Source: Longimicrobiales bacterium (GTDB lineage: Bacteria; Gemmatimonadota; Gemmatimonadetes; Longimicrobiales; Gaopeijiaceae). From it: a DNA stretch of 64,000 nt. The translations under genes were made by a program, and so were the position numbers. Shown here piece by piece: positions 47,057 to 54,901 of this stretch. The notes below the pieces were generated by a model. It searched no databases. It was given only the letters and a program-made list of their open reading frames with translations, and had not been told where the DNA came from. The stretch is from positions 448,001 through 512,000 of the forward strand of contig OZ252251.1 in assembly GCA_965249725.1 (NCBI GenBank). Reading direction: 5' to 3'. Position 1 is the first letter of the stretch. Every line of letters begins with the position of its first letter.

Positions 47057-48103
47057 GTGAGAGCCTACTACAACGAGATCGAGCCGTATGCCGCCGAGTG
47101 GCTGCGCAACCTGATCGCCGAGGGGCTGATCGCGCCTGGCGACGTGGACGAGCGGAGCATCGACGAGGTCGCGCCGGATGAGCTCGAGGGCTACACCCAG
47201 TGTCACTTCTTCGCCGGGATCGGCGGCTGGGGCCACGCGCTCCGGCTCGCCGGATGGCCCGACGAGCGGCCCGTCTGGACCGGCTCCGTTCCGTGTCAGC
47301 CGCTTTCGAGCGCTGGACAGCGACGTGGCCATGCCGATCGAAGACACCTGTGGCCCGCTTTTTTCCGGCTCATCGCCGAGCGCCGGCCTGCAACGCTCTT
47401 TGGAGAGCAGGTTGCGAGCAACCTTGGACGTGAATGGCTCGCCGGAGTACGCGCTGATCTGGAGCACGTGGGATATGCCTGCGGGGCCGCCGATCTGCCG
47501 GCTGCGAGCGTCGGCGCACCGCACATCCGTCAGCGGCTTTGGTGGGTGGCCGACGCCGATGGCCGGGACGCCAGCGCAGAAGGGATACAACGCAGCGGGC
47601 AACACGGATTCCAGCCGGAAGACGACGGACCTGCTGGCGGGCTGGCCGACGCCGAACGCCAGCGACGACAACCAGGACCGGCGAACGATGGCCGGGACCG
47701 TGAGGGAGTGGAATCGAGAGGGGGCGAGCCAATCCAGCCTCCCCTTGGTGGCGAAGATGCTCGCGGGCTGGCCGAGCCCGACGGGAAGCACGGGCGGCCC
47801 GGAGCCGGACGGGCAGACGGGCCGCAAGCTAGCAACCCTCGCGGGCTGGAATACCCCGGTGGCATCGGATCACAATGGCGCGGCGGAGAACAGGAAGGAT
47901 CCATGTGCCACTTTTCAGTTGAGGGATCGAGTTTTTTGGACTGTGCGGACGGAAAAGCGCGGCGCGTTGAATCCGGCACATTCCCGCTGGCCCATGGGGT
48001 TCCCAACCGCGTGGGACGCCTGCGCGCCTACGGCAACGCGATCGTCCCGCAACTCGCCGCGGCGTTCATCCGGGCCTACCGGAACGTGAGCGAGGTGGCG
48101 TGA
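47057..48103 (+). CDS. C5 cytosine DNA methyltransferase, large (alpha) polypeptide, permuted motif order
   Basis: YNEIE, FFAGIGG (I), GSVPCQP (IV), GEQV (VI), PHIRQRLWWVA (VIII), RLRAYGNAIVP (X); motif IX absent. Confidence 0.88.
   Translation: MRAYYNEIEPYAAEWLRNLIAEGLIAPGDVDERSIDEVAPDELEGYTQCHFFAGIGGWGHALRLAGWPDERPVWTGSVPCQPLSSAGQRRGHADRRHLWPAFFRLIAERRPATLFGEQVASNLGREWLAGVRADLEHVGYACGAADLPAASVGAPHIRQRLWWVADADGRDASAEGIQRSGQHGFQPEDDGPAGGLADAERQRRQPGPANDGRDREGVESRGGEPIQPPLGGEDARGLAEPDGKHGRPGAGRADGPQASNPRGLEYPGGIGSQWRGGEQEGSMCHFSVEGSSFLDCADGKARRVESGTFPLAHGVPNRVGRLRAYGNAIVPQLAAAFIRAYRNVSEVA
47178..48089 (+). CDS. Overlapping +1-frame methyltransferase small (beta) polypeptide carrying motif IX
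   Basis: 303 open codons nested in the MTase; GW(P/N)(T/S)P x4 and LNPAHSRWPMGFPTAW (motif IX-like). Start may be ATG 47331. Confidence 0.7.
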   Translation: MSSRATPSVTSSPGSAAGATRSGSPDGPTSGPSGPAPFRVSRFRALDSDVAMPIEDTCGPLFSGSSPSAGLQRSLESRLRATLDVNGSPEYALIWSTWDMPAGPPICRLRASAHRTSVSGFGGWPTPMAGTPAQKGYNAAGNTDSSRKTTDLLAGWPTPNASDDNQDRRTMAGTVREWNREGASQSSLPLVAKMLAGWPSPTGSTGGPEPDGQTGRKLATLAGWNTPVASDHNGAAENRKDPCATFQLRDRVFWTVRTEKRGALNPAHSRWPMGFPTAWDACAPTATRSSRNSPRRSSGPTGT

Positions 48104-48159
48104 GGATGGCGGGGGAGAATCGAGAAGGGTTGACTCACAGTCAAGAGAGGAGAACTGAT

Positions 48160-48405
48160 ATGCATCGAGGCATCGGACGCCGAGTGAAGGACCGTATCAC
48201 GGGCTTTGAGGGCGTGGTGACGGGATACTGCGAGTACATCACCGGCTGCAATCAGGCGTTGATTGCCCCGCCGACCAAGGACGATGGTGAGTTTGTGGGG
48301 TCACGATGGTTCGACGAACAGCGCCTCGTCCAGCTGGGCGACGAAGCGATCACCCTCGACAATGGCTCGCACCCCGGTCCAGACAAACCGGCACCGATCC
48401 GGTGA
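48160..48405 (+). CDS. Small phage protein
   Basis: GAGGAG RBS; VKDRITGFEGVVTGYCEYITGCNQ...WFDEQRL. Confidence 0.7.
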   Translation: MHRGIGRRVKDRITGFEGVVTGYCEYITGCNQALIAPPTKDDGEFVGSRWFDEQRLVQLGDEAITLDNGSHPGPDKPAPIR

Positions 48406-48569
48406 CCACTATCAGGCCGAGGCTGCCCCTGGGCACCCGCATCCGGAAGACGTTCTACGGCCTTCTGACGGTGCTCATCCTGGGGGGCCTGTTGAGCGGG
48501 CTGTTGCTATCGGTGATCGCGCTGAACGTCTGGGCTTGGCGCTGGATCCTGGAGGGCCTGGGCTGGTGA
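48402..48569 (+). CDS. Small single-TM phage protein
   Basis: GTGA overlaps at both ends; one long hydrophobic segment. Confidence 0.55.
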   Translation: MTTIRPRLPLGTRIRKTFYGLLTVLILGGLLSGLLLSVIALNVWAWRWILEGLGW

Positions 48570-48766
48570 GCAGTGACGCCGGGGCCCAAACAGTTGCCGA
48601 ACTGGCACGCGCTCTCAGAGAAGCAGTCGGTTGCGGGCCTGGTTTCAGGGGCTCGATCATGCTCCACTTCGACGACGGAGAGGCAACCCGCTACGAGTGC
48701 AAGACATTCGGTAGAGTCGGGGAAGGAGTTGACCACCGAGAGGCGGGATCTGTAGCTTTGCAGTAG
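48566..48766 (+). CDS. Small phage protein, DUF2292-like
   Basis: GTGA overlap; FRGSIMLHFDDG pattern. Confidence 0.45.
   Translation: MSSDAGAQTVAELARALREAVGCGPGFRGSIMLHFDDGEATRYECKTFGRVGEGVDHREAGSVALQ
48729..48758 (+). promoter_or_regulatory. Putative late promoter
   Basis: TTGACC-18 nt-TAGCTT just upstream of the packaging module leader. Confidence 0.5.
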
Positions 48767-48799
48767 GAAAAGCTAGTCCGGGCACCAGACTTAACTGAC

Positions 48800-48851
48800 C
48801 CCGGCACCACGAGCCCCAGAGAGCGCGAGGGGATGAGGTGTCGGGTTTTTT
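48800..48851 (+). terminator. Leader terminator before HNH/terminase
   Basis: CCCGGCACC (48800-48808) pairs with GGTGTCGGG (48837-48845), followed by six T. Confidence 0.65.
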
Positions 48852-48878
48852 CGTTTGAGGCGAGGAGGGCGTGACACA

Positions 48879-49235
48879 GTGCCAGTAGCACCAAAGCGTC
48901 CGTGCATGCAGCCAGGCTGCAACGTACTGGTGGAGCGCGGCAGGTGCGGTGAGCACACGCGGGCGCACCACCGGCTGGACACGAAGACGCGTGGCAGTGC
49001 GAAGGCGCGCGGTTACGGCGGGCCGTGGCGCAGGATCAGGTCACGTCAGCTGAAGGCCGAGCCGCTGTGCCGCCACTGCGCCGAGGACGGCCGCGCGACA
49101 GCTGCAACTCTGGTAGATCACGTCGTTCCGCTGGACGCGGGCGGCACGCACGAGACGTCGAACCTGCAGAGCCTGTGCCGGTCGTGCCATGCACAGAAGA
49201 CGCTCGCTGAGCATCCGAGGACGGTGCGGGCATGA
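48879..49235 (+). CDS. Terminase-associated HNH endonuclease
   Basis: PCMQPGC, RGYG..W, PLCRHC, VDHVVP, NLQSLCRSCHAQKT. Confidence 0.92.
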   Translation: MPVAPKRPCMQPGCNVLVERGRCGEHTRAHHRLDTKTRGSAKARGYGGPWRRIRSRQLKAEPLCRHCAEDGRATAATLVDHVVPLDAGGTHETSNLQSLCRSCHAQKTLAEHPRTVRA

Positions 49236-49249
49236 GCGGGCGAGAGACG

Positions 49250-49345
49250 ATGGAGGGGAGGGGGGCTCGCAGCTCTGTGGCCCTCAGCCGCCGAAACCGG
49301 TCGGGTGCTTTGTCTTCACGACCGCAGGTTTTGGAGGGGGGGGTT
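49250..49345. other. Probable cos/packaging site region
   Basis: Non-coding G-run-flanked segment between HNH and terS, the usual cos position in HK97-like phages; exact overhang not determined. Confidence 0.5.
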
Positions 49346-49418
49346 GAGGTGAGCGAAGCGGTGGCCAGCCCCCTGATCTTGAACGGGCTGGACCTAGCGC
49401 CGCGGTTGGAGCCGGCGG

Positions 49419-49883
49419 ATGGGTAAGCGTGGCCCGTCACCGAAGCCCACGCGGCTGCGGGTGCTGGAAGGCAACCCCGGCAAACGGGCGTTGAACGACC
49501 GCGAGCCGGAGCCACCGGCGGGGCTTCCGCGCTGCCCGAAGGAACTCGACAGGGCTGCGCGGGCGGAGTGGCGCCGCGTGGGCAGCGTATTGGAGGAAAT
49601 GGGCGTAGTAACGCAGGTGGACGGAGCGGCGCTGGCGGCCTACTGCGCGCTGTACTCGCGGTGGCTCGAGGCGGAGTCACAGATCAAGAAAGACGGCATG
49701 CTGATCAGCTCACCGAACGGCCATCTGATGCAGTCACCCTACCTGAACATCGCGAACAAGTGCCTGGAGAAGATGCGCGGGTTCCTTCAGGAGCTTGGCC
49801 TGACACCCTCATCGCGGAGCCAGGTCACGGTGCTGCCGAATCGCAAGAGAGGCCGCAACCCATTCCTCGAGGACGTGGGATGA
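49419..49883 (+). CDS. terS: Terminase small subunit (P27 family)
   Basis: GPSPKPT.LRVLEGNPGKR, LAAYC, QSP and ELGLTPSSR motifs. Confidence 0.93.
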   Translation: MGKRGPSPKPTRLRVLEGNPGKRALNDREPEPPAGLPRCPKELDRAARAEWRRVGSVLEEMGVVTQVDGAALAAYCALYSRWLEAESQIKKDGMLISSPNGHLMQSPYLNIANKCLEKMRGFLQELGLTPSSRSQVTVLPNRKRGRNPFLEDVG

Positions 49884-51631
49884 GCCACGCCGGCCGGGCT
49901 GAGCAGTACGCGAGGAACGTGGTATCGGGCGGCGTTGCTGCGTGCCGCTACGTCGCGCTCGCTTGCCAGCGCCATCTAGGCGATCTCAAGGCGCAGGAGC
50001 AACAGGACTTTCCGTTTGAGTTCAACACGTCGGCGGCCAACAGGATCTGCCGATTCATCGAGCTGCTACCGCATGTGAAGGGCCAGTGGGCAGAGCGCGG
50101 CGAGCAGCTGCGCCTGGAGCCTTGGCAGTGCTTCATGGTTGCCGTGCCGTTCGGCTGGCGGTGGAAAGCTACGGGGCTGCGCCGCTACCGGATCGCGTAT
50201 ATCGAAGTCCCCAGGAAGAACGCGAAATCGACGATCAGCGCTGCGGTCGGGCTCTACATGTTCGCCAGGGACGGCGAGCACGGTGCCGAGGTGTATTCCG
50301 GTGCGGGCACCGAGAAGCAGGCGAACGAAGTGTTCGGGCCCGCGCGGCTGATGGCGAAGAGCACGCCCGAGCTCTTGGAAGCGTTCGGGATCGGGGTGGG
50401 CGCCAAGAACCTGAGCATCCTGTCGAACAACTCGAAATTCGAGCCCATCATCGGCAAGCCGGGTGACGGGGCTTCACCGTCGTGCTCGATCACCGACGAG
50501 TATCACGAACATGCGACGTCCGAGCAGCTAGACACGATGCTCACGGGCATGGGCGCGCGTGAGCAGCCATTGGCGTGGGTGATCACGACTGCGGGGAACT
50601 CGATCGAGGGGCCGTGCTACGATCTCCGCTCGGACGTGGTGAAGATGCTGGAAGGCTCGGTCGATAACCCGGAGCTATTTGGGCTGATCTATACGATCGA
50701 CGAGGGCGATGCGTGGGACTCGGTCGAAGCGCTACGCAAGGCCAATCCAAACGCCGGGGTGTCTACGCGTGAGCAGTACCTGCTGTCCCAGCTTCGGGAT
50801 GCGATCCACAACCCGAGGAAGCAGTCCACGTACAAGACGAAGCACCTGAACGTCTGGGTGACGGCGTCGTCACCGTACTTCAACCTGGAGAAGTGGAAGC
50901 GTCTCGCGGATCCGGGGCTTTGTGTCGAGCAATTCGCGGGTGAGCCCTGTTGGGTCGGGCTCGACCTCGCGTCGAAACTAGACCTTACGGCGTACGTGCG
51001 GCTCTTCGTTCGCGAGCAACCGGGCAGCTGCAGCAGGTGCCGTGGCACGGGCCGACTCGCCGACGAACCGTGTCCCCGTTGCGATGGAGCGGGAGAGGCC
51101 GCCGAGGAGCACTACTACCCGTTCCTGAAGAGCTACCTGCCGGAGGAGCGCTTGGGGCCAGCGGAGAGTGCGCACTACCGCGGCTGGGCGGCTGGCGGCT
51201 GGCTGAGCGCGACAGCGGGCAACATGACCGACTACGACGAGGTCGAAGAGGACATTGTCGCGGACGCGGAGCGCTGCCCGGTCGCGGAGCTGGGCTTCGA
51301 TCCCTACAACGCCGCGCAGCTAATCACGCATCTGGTGAACCACGGGATCGAGTGCGTCGAGGTCCCGCAGACGGTGCCGCACCTGTCCGAGCCGATGAAG
51401 TGGGTGCAGGCGCTGATCGAGGATGGCCGGTTCCACCACGACGGCAACCCTGTTCTCACATGGGGGATCTCGAACGTGACCGCAAAGGAGGACCGGAACC
51501 AGAATGTGTTTCCACGCAAAGAAAAACCGGAGAACAAGATCGATCCGTGCGTGGCGCTCATCATAGCGGTAGGCCGGGCGATGTCATGCACAGCGAAGCC
51601 CGAGCCCAGCATCTTTGCGATCGGATCATGA
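49880..51631 (+). CDS. terL: Terminase large subunit
   Basis: LEPWQ, PRKNAKS (Walker A), ITDEYH (Walker B), ITTAG, GLDLAS, FDPYNA, KIDP. Confidence 0.96.
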   Translation: MSHAGRAEQYARNVVSGGVAACRYVALACQRHLGDLKAQEQQDFPFEFNTSAANRICRFIELLPHVKGQWAERGEQLRLEPWQCFMVAVPFGWRWKATGLRRYRIAYIEVPRKNAKSTISAAVGLYMFARDGEHGAEVYSGAGTEKQANEVFGPARLMAKSTPELLEAFGIGVGAKNLSILSNNSKFEPIIGKPGDGASPSCSITDEYHEHATSEQLDTMLTGMGAREQPLAWVITTAGNSIEGPCYDLRSDVVKMLEGSVDNPELFGLIYTIDEGDAWDSVEALRKANPNAGVSTREQYLLSQLRDAIHNPRKQSTYKTKHLNVWVTASSPYFNLEKWKRLADPGLCVEQFAGEPCWVGLDLASKLDLTAYVRLFVREQPGSCSRCRGTGRLADEPCPRCDGAGEAAEEHYYPFLKSYLPEERLGPAESAHYRGWAAGGWLSATAGNMTDYDEVEEDIVADAERCPVAELGFDPYNAAQLITHLVNHGIECVEVPQTVPHLSEPMKWVQALIEDGRFHHDGNPVLTWGISNVTAKEDRNQNVFPRKEKPENKIDPCVALIIAVGRAMSCTAKPEPSIFAIGS

Positions 51632-51801
51632 GACAGCTGACGAGAGGCGAGAGAGCGGAGCTGGTCGGTGACTTGCACACCTACGGGGGAGCGGTGCTCG
51701 TTGCGGGCGGAGCGGGCTGGGCCTATCCACCGGCGGGGTTGATCGTGTTCGGAGCGGTGCTCATGTGGCTCGGACTCTTCTGGCGCAGAGGCTCCGGATG
51801 A
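51628..51801 (+). CDS. Small membrane protein between terL and portal
   Basis: ATGA overlaps both sides; two hydrophobic segments. Confidence 0.65.
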   Translation: MRQLTRGERAELVGDLHTYGGAVLVAGGAGWAYPPAGLIVFGAVLMWLGLFWRRGSG

Positions 51802-53837
51802 TCGCGGAACTGCTGCGCGCCGTGCTGCCGAGCCTCGGGCAGCTCGAAGAGCGCCAGTCCGAAGGCGCCCTGGACGACTTCTGGTACACACCGGCGTGGA
51901 TGCACGGGCGCGGCGGCAAGGTCCAGAGTCCGGAGGACGCACTAGGCCTATCGGCATGGTGGAACGCGATCGCGATCATCGCGGGCACCATGGGCTCACT
52001 GCCTCTGAAGCTGTACAGGAAGGAGGGCGAGCGGCGGGTCGCGGTGCGCGACGATCCACGCTACCGGCTGATGTTCCGGCGTCCGAACGGCTGGCAGACG
52101 GCATTCGAGTGGCGCGAGATGGCGCAGGGCCACCTGCTCGTGCGCGGCAACCACTACTCGCGGATCATACGAGATCAGCTTGGCCGTCCGGTTGCGATCG
52201 TTCCGCTGCATCCCGATCGGGTGCAGCCGGAGGTCCGGGGCGGCGAGATCGCCTACCGGTTCCGTGCACCGAACGGTGGCGACGAGCTCATCCGAATGCG
52301 GGACATGCTCCACCTGCGGGGTCTCGGATCGAACGGGGTCACGGGCTACTCCGTGGTGGCGGTCGCGCGCGAGTCGCTCGGCTACTCGCTACAGCTTGAG
52401 CGGTTCGGCTCGCAGTTCATCGAGAACAAGGGCCGGCCGGGCGGGATCCTGCAATCGGACGAGGTGCTACAGAAGGAGCAGAGGCGCGAGCTCGGCGAGC
52501 AGTGGGACCGGATGTTCCAGGGCGGCGGCCTAGGCAAGACGGCGGTGATCGACTCGGGTCTCAAGTGGCAGCAGGTCGGGTTCTCGAACGAGGACGCGCA
52601 GTGGCTCGGCAGCCGCAGTCACCAGGTGACCGAGATCGCGCGCTGGACGAACCTGCCGCCGCACTTCCTGAAGGATCTCACGCGGGCAACGTTCTCGAAC
52701 ATCGAGGAACAGGCGATCGAGTTCGTCGTCCACACGATACGTCCGTGGGCAGAGCGCTGGGAACAGCGGCTCGACTGCATGCTCCTGAGCGAGGCGGAGC
52801 AGGGCGAGTTCGGGTTCAAGTTCTCGCTCGAAGCGCTGCTTCGCGGCGACGCCGCGAGCCGCGGCGCGTTCTACCAGCTGCTGTTCAACATGGGCGCGAT
52901 CACCCCGAACGAGATCCGTGCGAAGGAAGAGATGAACCCGCACCGGGCGGGTGGCGATCAGGCGTTCGTACAGGTGAACCTGATGCCGCTGGATCAGGCG
53001 GCCGAGCCGTTCGCTGCGGTGGACAGTAGCCTCGATCGAGCGTTGGGTGGGACCGAAGAGGCACGGGTCCTAGCGGCTCCCGCTGCAGAGAGCTTCGAGG
53101 AACGCTCGGTGCGTTCGGTCGCATCCAGACGCCGGATCATGAACACGTACCAGCGGCTCATGGAGGATGCGGCGGGCCGCATCGTCCACCGTGAAGTGCA
53201 GGATCTGCGGCGGATCCTGGACGCGGTGGACGATGGCGATGTGGATGAGTTCCTGCGGCGTCTGGACATCTTCGCGGAGGGCCTGCCGCCGGCGGTTCGC
53301 ACCATCATGGGTCCGGTACTGGCCACCTACATCGACCTGGTCGCCGCCGACGCATCGGATGAGGTCGAGCTCGAAGAGGTCCCCCAGGAGTCCGTTGACA
53401 GATTCCGCTCATCCTACGTCGAGAGATTGGCGGCCGGCCACACGTCGGAGACGGTTGGCAGGCTGCGGAACACGGCACTCGAGACGCAGGGCGACGCGTT
53501 CGCCAACGTGCACCGGATGCTGGACCGTTGGGAGGAGAACCGGGCCGCCGAGATAGGGCTGCGCCATGTGGTGGCGGCCGGGGCGGGTGCGGCGCGCATG
53601 ATCTACACCATGGGCAGGTTCGACACGGTGTGGGTCACGGTCGGCGACAGCTGCCCGTACTGCCGCAAGCTCGCAGGCCGGGCCGTAGGTCCCGGCGAGC
53701 GGTTCCTGAACGCGGGCGACTCGATCGACCCGGAGGACGGCGAGAGCGAGCCGCTCACGGTACGGCGCGCGATCGGCCATCCACCGGCACACAGTGGCTG
53801 CGACTGCACCGTGGCTTCACGGAGGAGGATCATCTGA
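51798..53837 (+). CDS. HK97-family portal protein fused to a C-terminal MuF-like head morphogenesis domain
   Basis: RRPN, GNHY, LHPDRV, LHLRG, FSNIEEQ, TPNEIR; C-terminal WVTVGDSCPYC...HPPAHSGCDC. Confidence 0.9.
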   Translation: MIAELLRAVLPSLGQLEERQSEGALDDFWYTPAWMHGRGGKVQSPEDALGLSAWWNAIAIIAGTMGSLPLKLYRKEGERRVAVRDDPRYRLMFRRPNGWQTAFEWREMAQGHLLVRGNHYSRIIRDQLGRPVAIVPLHPDRVQPEVRGGEIAYRFRAPNGGDELIRMRDMLHLRGLGSNGVTGYSVVAVARESLGYSLQLERFGSQFIENKGRPGGILQSDEVLQKEQRRELGEQWDRMFQGGGLGKTAVIDSGLKWQQVGFSNEDAQWLGSRSHQVTEIARWTNLPPHFLKDLTRATFSNIEEQAIEFVVHTIRPWAERWEQRLDCMLLSEAEQGEFGFKFSLEALLRGDAASRGAFYQLLFNMGAITPNEIRAKEEMNPHRAGGDQAFVQVNLMPLDQAAEPFAAVDSSLDRALGGTEEARVLAAPAAESFEERSVRSVASRRRIMNTYQRLMEDAAGRIVHREVQDLRRILDAVDDGDVDEFLRRLDIFAEGLPPAVRTIMGPVLATYIDLVAADASDEVELEEVPQESVDRFRSSYVERLAAGHTSETVGRLRNTALETQGDAFANVHRMLDRWEENRAAEIGLRHVVAAGAGAARMIYTMGRFDTVWVTVGDSCPYCRKLAGRAVGPGERFLNAGDSIDPEDGESEPLTVRRAIGHPPAHSGCDCTVASRRRII

Positions 53838-54487
53838 TGGAGATGGAAATCAGGCGTCTCGAACACTATCCCGGCGCGCTGTGCGAGATCAGGGCCGGCG
53901 ATGAGGGTGACTCGCCGAAGCTCGCCGGGCTCGGCGCGCCCTACGGGGTCTGGTCGGAGGACTTGGGCGGCGGGTTCGGGAAGTTCCGTGAGCGTTTCGA
54001 GGTCGGCGCATTCCGTTCATCGGTCGCGGCCGACGACATCCGGGCGCTTTATAACCACGAGTCGGGCCAGGTGCTCGGCCGCGTGAGCGCCGGAACGCTG
54101 CGGCTGAACGAGACGGAGAGGGGCATCGAATACGAGATCGACCTGCCGGATACGAGCTTTGCGCGTGACCTGGCGGTCTCCGTCGAGCGGAAGGACGTGA
54201 CGGGCAACTCGTTCGGGTTCACGGTCCCGGATCCGGATACGGACCAGCACTGGGAGGAACGCGACGGCACGGTATGGCGGACGATCACACGGGCCAAGAT
54301 GCTCGAGCTCGGGCCCCAGCCGTTCCCTGCTTATCCGCAGACCGACGTCGAGAATCGATCGCTACGCTCCGTGCTCGAGCAGGCGAGGCGGGCGCTCGGG
54401 CCGCAGGGAACGTCAGCTGAGTTGGCGCTTCGGTTGCTCGAGCTCGATGAGGAGGACGCGGCGCTATATCTTGCGGAAGGGATCTGA
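53837..54487 (+). CDS. HK97-type prohead maturation protease
   Basis: FRE.F..GAF, ALYNH, LGR...GTLRL, SFGF, FPAYPQT. Confidence 0.92.
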   Translation: MEMEIRRLEHYPGALCEIRAGDEGDSPKLAGLGAPYGVWSEDLGGGFGKFRERFEVGAFRSSVAADDIRALYNHESGQVLGRVSAGTLRLNETERGIEYEIDLPDTSFARDLAVSVERKDVTGNSFGFTVPDPDTDQHWEERDGTVWRTITRAKMLELGPQPFPAYPQTDVENRSLRSVLEQARRALGPQGTSAELALRLLELDEEDAALYLAEGI

Positions 54488-54574
54488 ATGCACCACGACA
54501 TCCGGTGTCCAGTAGCCCAGGGGGGTTGACCTTTTCTTGAGAGCAGGTTAGAGGTTAGAGGACAATCGAAGGTA

Positions 54575-54830
54575 GGTGTCCGAGCTACGGCCCAAGGGCC
54601 TGGGCTCGAGGGACATCCGGTAGGACAGGCAGAACGCAGCGAGAGACGTTCGGGCGGGCCCGGCGGTGAGCTGCAGCGGTAAGTGGTAAGAACGGTGCCT
54701 GATCTACGGCCAGCGGGCCTGGGTCCCACGAAGCATCCGGTAGCGCGGACATGACGCAGCGAGAGACGCTCGGGCGGGCCCGGCGGTGAGTTGCCGACAC
54801 GACCACGGAATAGGCCGTGGTGTCGGTGGC
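54575..54830 (+). ncRNA. Candidate tandem structured RNA (two ~100-nt units) in capsid gene leader
   Basis: Units at 54575-54674 and 54694-54794. 41-nt core is 39/41 identical and the differences preserve base pairing. Followed by a hairpin at 54790-54830. Confidence 0.6.
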
Positions 54831-54901
54831 TTCTATGCCAGGCTGGCCCGGTTTTCGTTTGAGGCCCCATCCGGCACCACACAGCCGGAGGGGCTTTTCA
54901 A

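Noticed and set aside
49232..49426. 64-aa ORF between HNH and terS
   Set aside because: No recognisable protein features; spans the G-rich probable cos region.
54575..54794. Tandem glycine riboswitch (GAGAGA motif, two units)
   Set aside because: Lacks the CCGAAG and CTCTCAGG elements, and the downstream gene is a capsid; kept as an unknown RNA candidate.
54331..54882. 183-aa minus-strand ORF over the capsid leader
   Set aside because: Antisense to the late operon, overlaps the protease, and only mirrors the DNA repeat.
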